From: Octopus bimaculoides
Taxonomy: Eukaryota
Direction: 5' to 3'
DNA length: 41,898 nucleotides
Assembly (NCBI RefSeq): GCF_001194135.2
Contig: NC_068989.1
Span: 1,471,322 to 1,513,219 of the forward strand
The notes beneath the pieces were generated by a model that worked only from the letters and a program-made list of their open reading frames with translations, was not told the origin of the DNA and searched no databases. Position numbers and translations under genes: made by a program. Below, in pieces: positions 37,991 to 41,898 of the stretch. The number at the start of each line of letters is the position of its first letter. Position 1 is the stretch's first letter.

Positions 37991-38914
37991 CCATGTTCTA
38001 ACACAACATTGACTTTCAGTGGAAGATAAATATTACTTGCTTGTTACTAGTCAGCCGTATGTTGTGTCCCGATGATGTTTGATTATTTGGTCTTCATTGA
38101 AATAACTGTGCCGGGTGTTTGGGGCTAAGCTCCAGTGCAGTACATAAACTAATAATATCTCCTCAGTTAAAAACGATCGTGTTTTTTTTTCTTTATCAAC
38201 TCAGCTGTTGCGAGTAAGGTTCACGCATGATGGTTTCACTTAGCTTTCCACAGAGCCGGATATTTTCCTCTTTGAGACGCATGAAGAATCAGTTGATTGC
38301 TTGATTATTTCTCTTATCGACCCTAGAGAGATAAAACGTTTCTGGACCGTTTCCGTTACCTTGTGATACTCACCTTACATTTGATGGTAGAGTATTTCGT
38401 TCGACACTTCCATCGGTTCGTTTCATAGGTTTAAGAAGAATGACTAAAAAGGCTGCCACAGTTCAACAAAGACTTTGTCTAACAAAAAGAAACCCTTTAA
38501 GGACCAGAAAATTCATATTTTACTCCCGGATTTATGTACTGTGCATTATTATTATTGAAGTCTTTGATGAAACCGAAGGAAGTAGAGAAACAGGGGGTGG
38601 GTCTGCATGAAATTAAGGTGCAGCTGGTAACTACAACAACCACAATAATATCAAGAACAACAATGCTTATGACTAAGCAGTCACCATCAACAAGAACAAC
38701 AGCAGCATCAGTGGCGACAATTAGACCGCAGATCGATTAATTTGCCATATGAACTCTGTTTATGTCATGTGGTGGTGGTGGGAGGTGGGGGGGATTATTT
38801 AGCGGAGGGGTTAGAGGTAAAAACGATTGGAGTTTTGTTTTTGTTTTTGCTGTTTTTTTCTTGTTTTTACTTTTTGCTAAACTTATTTCACTTGTTGCTT
38901 CCAGTTAATATTTC

Positions 38915-38976
<62 letters not shown>

Positions 38977-39259
38977 CATTATTTACTATATAACTACAAA
39001 CCAGCTTTCATCAAGTAGGCACATGCATCCGGGCCATGTGTGATCTTTCCTATGTTTAAGTCAGAAACATATGATTTAAGGGAGTGGGGTTGTCATTTCT
39101 AGCAAGCTGCCTGCCTGCATAATCCCTTTTTGGCTCATAAGTGAGTGCTTACCCCCCCCCCCACCAAGTTAAATGCTTTGTTTTGATTTTAATGCAGTCT
39201 GTATATGTCCCAATGTGTCTATTGATATCTATCTATATCTGTCTGTATATGTCTGTTTG

Positions 39260-39302
<43 letters not shown>

Positions 39303-39311
39303 GTCTATCTG

Positions 39312-39368
<57 letters not shown>

Positions 39369-39371
39369 ATA

Positions 39372-40495
39372 CAGGGTGTCTCAAAAAGATGTACTCACTC
39401 TTTGACTTCCCAGTACTCATGCATTTTGTGTTCAAGTAGATGTTTATTGATATACATACNNNNNNNNNNNNNNNNNNNNNNNNNNNNNNNNNNNNNNNNN
39501 NNNNNNNNNNNNNNNNNNNNNNNNNNNNNNNNNNNNNNNNNNNNNNNNAAAATCCATTGGCGTGAGGTCTGGGGAACGTGCAGGAAATTTAACGCTACCT
39601 CTCCTCCCAATCCATTTGTTTGGATTTGTTGCATAGTGAGGAGGCGCTCCATCTTGCTGGAAGTAAATCTCCTCGTCCCCAAACATCTCTTCAATTCGTG
39701 GACCGACGTTTTCCATCAGTAAGTTTAAGTAAACTGGGCCACTGACAGCTTGGTAAAAATAAAAAAAAAGAGAAAGGTCCAACGATACCCAATGTTGACA
39801 CCCCACACCAAACTGTAACGCCTGGTAAGTTCAGACGGTGTTCCATAATAAAATGGGGATTTTCACGGGTCCAGTATGTGCAATTATGTCGGTTGACTGA
39901 ACCATTTAACTTGAAGGTGGCCTCATCGCTCCATAAGATTTTCTCTGGAAACGTTGCATCGTCTGCGAATTTGTTCAGATACCATTCGCAAAATCGAACT
40001 CTCCGATCAGGATCATCTTCATTGAGGGCTTGAATTGATGTTGGAACGTAACTTTTCCAATGAGCTCGTTTCAAGATCCGATGAACAATCGATTTTGGGA
40101 TTCCTCTCTCACGACTCAATTGTCTTACGGATTTCTTTGGGGATCGGGAAAGGGTTTCCATTAATTAGATGTGTCTACTGGGGCTGGTGGATGTTCGTGG
40201 TCTTCCAGAGCGTTGCTTACTAACATTCTGAACAGTTCCGTATGCTTCGAATTTATCTCTGATGCGAGCAATAGTGCGTCGTGTTGGTGGTGTCTTCTGA
40301 AACTGTCTGTTAAATTGTCTTTGCACTTCCGTGACATTTTCGTGCATCCAGTAGCAATTTAATATAATTTTTTTTCCTCAAACGTTCGTTGTGCATTTGC
40401 CATTGTGAAGGGTTGGTTGCGTCTGAAAAAAAAACAAAAAACAATGCATTAGAAAGCGTCTGTCAAAGAGTGAGTACATTTTTGGGGACACCTTG
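39372..40495 (-). mobile_element. Tc1/mariner DNA transposon with both TIRs
   Basis: TIRs CAGGGTGTCTCAAAAAGATGTACTCACTCTTTGAC (39372-39406) and 40462-40495 differ by 3 substitutions and 1 indel. TA on both sides (39370-39371, 40496-40497). Confidence 0.95.
39549..40403 (-). pseudogene. Disrupted Tc1/mariner transposase, rosa/Visitor (DD41D)-like
   Basis: ATG at 40403, three frameshifts. Motifs [23 protein letters not shown] (HTH), [53 protein letters not shown]. The C-terminus runs into the 39460-39548 gap. Confidence 0.92.
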
Positions 40496-40985
40496 TATAT
40501 ACATGTATGTATGTGTGTACGTGTGTGTGTGTGTGTGTGTGCATACATATATGTAAATATATACATATATATATATATGCATATATGTATGTATGTATAT
40601 GTGTTTGTATACAAATGTACATTTGTACGCGATTGTATATATTTATGTATGTATGCATGAATGCAGTTTTTCTTTTTTTTCTGTTTGTCTCTCTTTGTCT
40701 CTCTTTCTTTCTCTCTCTCTNNNNNNNNNNNNNNNNNNNNNNNNNNNNNNNNNNNNNNNNNNNNNNNNNNNNNNNNNNNNNNNNNNNNNNNNNNNNNNNN
40801 NNNNNNNNNNNNNNNNNNNNNNNNNNNNNNNNNNNNNNNNNNNNNNNNNNNNNNNNNNNNNNNNNNNNNNNNNNNNNNNNNNNNNNNNNNNNNNNNNNNN
40901 NNNNNNNNNNNNNNNNNNNNNNNNNNNNNNNNNNNNNNNNNNNNNNNNNNNNNNNNNNNNNNNNTATATATATATATATATATAT

Positions 40986-41260
40986 ATGTTAAATAAAATG
41001 GGACAACAAAACGAAGGCTGTGTGGAATTTCTAAGACATTTATAAAGAGAAAGGTAGTCTTACAGGTGTTTCAAAGATATTAGGGATATCCCTTCATCAG
41101 AGACAATATGAGAGAGTTAAATAGAAGGAAATAGTAGAGTTCAATATAAGGAGTTATTTTGGAAAAAGATGGATGTAGGAAGTTTAAAGGGAAATAAGAT
41201 AATAAAAATAAAAGTAAAAATATATGAAGGATGTTACAGTTATTATATGTTCAATAGAAA
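40986..41260 (-). mobile_element. Probable Penelope-like pLTR fragment carrying a hammerhead
   Basis: Non-repetitive segment abutting (TA)n and containing the 41057-41104 hammerhead. It shares GGAATT..TAAGACATT with the flank of the 26368 hammerhead. Boundaries are uncertain. Confidence 0.45.
41057..41104 (-). ncRNA. Minimal type I hammerhead ribozyme
   Basis: GUCU-CUGAUGA-AGGGAUAU CCCUA AUAUCUUU-GAAA-C ACCU G-UA/AGAC. Complete core, 4-bp stem I, 8-bp stem II (2 G-U), stem III CACCUG (one change from CAGCUG). Confidence 0.78.
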
Positions 41261-41334
41261 CATCAATCTGATCCGACATGAGTTTTGGCGAATTGTCATT
41301 AACATTTTCGTGTTAGTACTAGGCTCTGGGTCTT

Positions 41335-41739
41335 ATGTGTTAGCGTAGACAATTTGATAGAGCACCGCTTCTACAATTATAAACAAATAAATGTAGTCAA
41401 ACGAGACAAAGAAACAAACAAAAACGAAAAAAAATATAATCCCTTTAAAATTTGAAATAGGAAGAATTTGGAGCATAAGAACAGTAAAGGTCGTGGCTAT
41501 AATAATTGGTGCGTTGGGAACAGGATGCCAAGATATAGACAAATGGCTGAAGGAGATTGGAATAGAATGTCCGGTAGAGCTCCTACAGAAAGTTTGTCTC
41601 TTAGGGAGAGCAAAGATTATCAGGAGATATCTAAGCACTTGAAAGACTGCTGAAAAGTTGTGGATACCTAAGGTTACAGGCAGTAAACCTGCTATCCACA
41701 TAAATCCTATCAGGAATAACACCGAACCTGAAACAAACC

Positions 41740-41793
<54 letters not shown>
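41335..41793 (+). pseudogene. 3' end of an R4/Dong-clade LINE: RLE C-terminus, 3' UTR and (AAT)18 tail
   Basis: 41445-41642 reads LKFEIGRIWSIRTVKVVAIIIGALGTGCQDIDKWLKEIGIECPVELLQKVCLLGRAKIIRRYLST*. Upstream remnant DNLIEHR. (AAT)n at 41740-41793. Confidence 0.88.
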
Positions 41794-41794
<1 letters not shown>

Positions 41795-41898
41795 GCAGCA
41801 AAAAAAAAAAGAAGAGTGCAACTGTTATCAAGTGAACGATATTTTAGCATCTAGTGTACCTTCCACAGGTTCAAAAAATAAACTTGTCAATCTACTTC

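Noticed and set aside
39395-39722. ORFs 39395..39694 and 39141..39722
   Set aside because: Off-frame or antisense readings of the mariner transposase region across a gap.
41333-41821. 162-aa minus-strand ORF
   Set aside because: Antisense shadow of the LINE 3' end plus the (AAT)n tail.

Overview
AT-rich eukaryotic draft-assembly DNA, saturated with microsatellites and broken by 11 N gaps. The repeat families look like those of coleoid cephalopods (Octopus). That assignment is recalled from the SINE sequences, not from a search. No host protein-coding gene is recognisable; nearly all ORFs in the track are microsatellite, gap or antisense artefacts. Supportable features: (1) a TA-flanked Tc1/mariner element with both TIRs and a disrupted rosa/DD41D-like transposase (39372-40495); (2) three fragments of an R4/Dong-type restriction-like-endonuclease LINE (zinc knuckle/RLE, RT with YMDD, C-terminus with (AAT)18 tail); (3) a decayed Penelope-like GIY-YIG endonuclease with a degenerate hammerhead downstream; (4) several tRNA-derived SINE families; (5) a hAT-like MITE; (6) several foldback hairpins. 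The most interesting signal is three unrelated minimal type I hammerhead ribozymes with intact cores, all on the minus strand (26368-26420, 36629-36669, 41057-41104). They have the short (near-)palindromic stem III typical of Penelope/retrozyme dimeric hammerheads.
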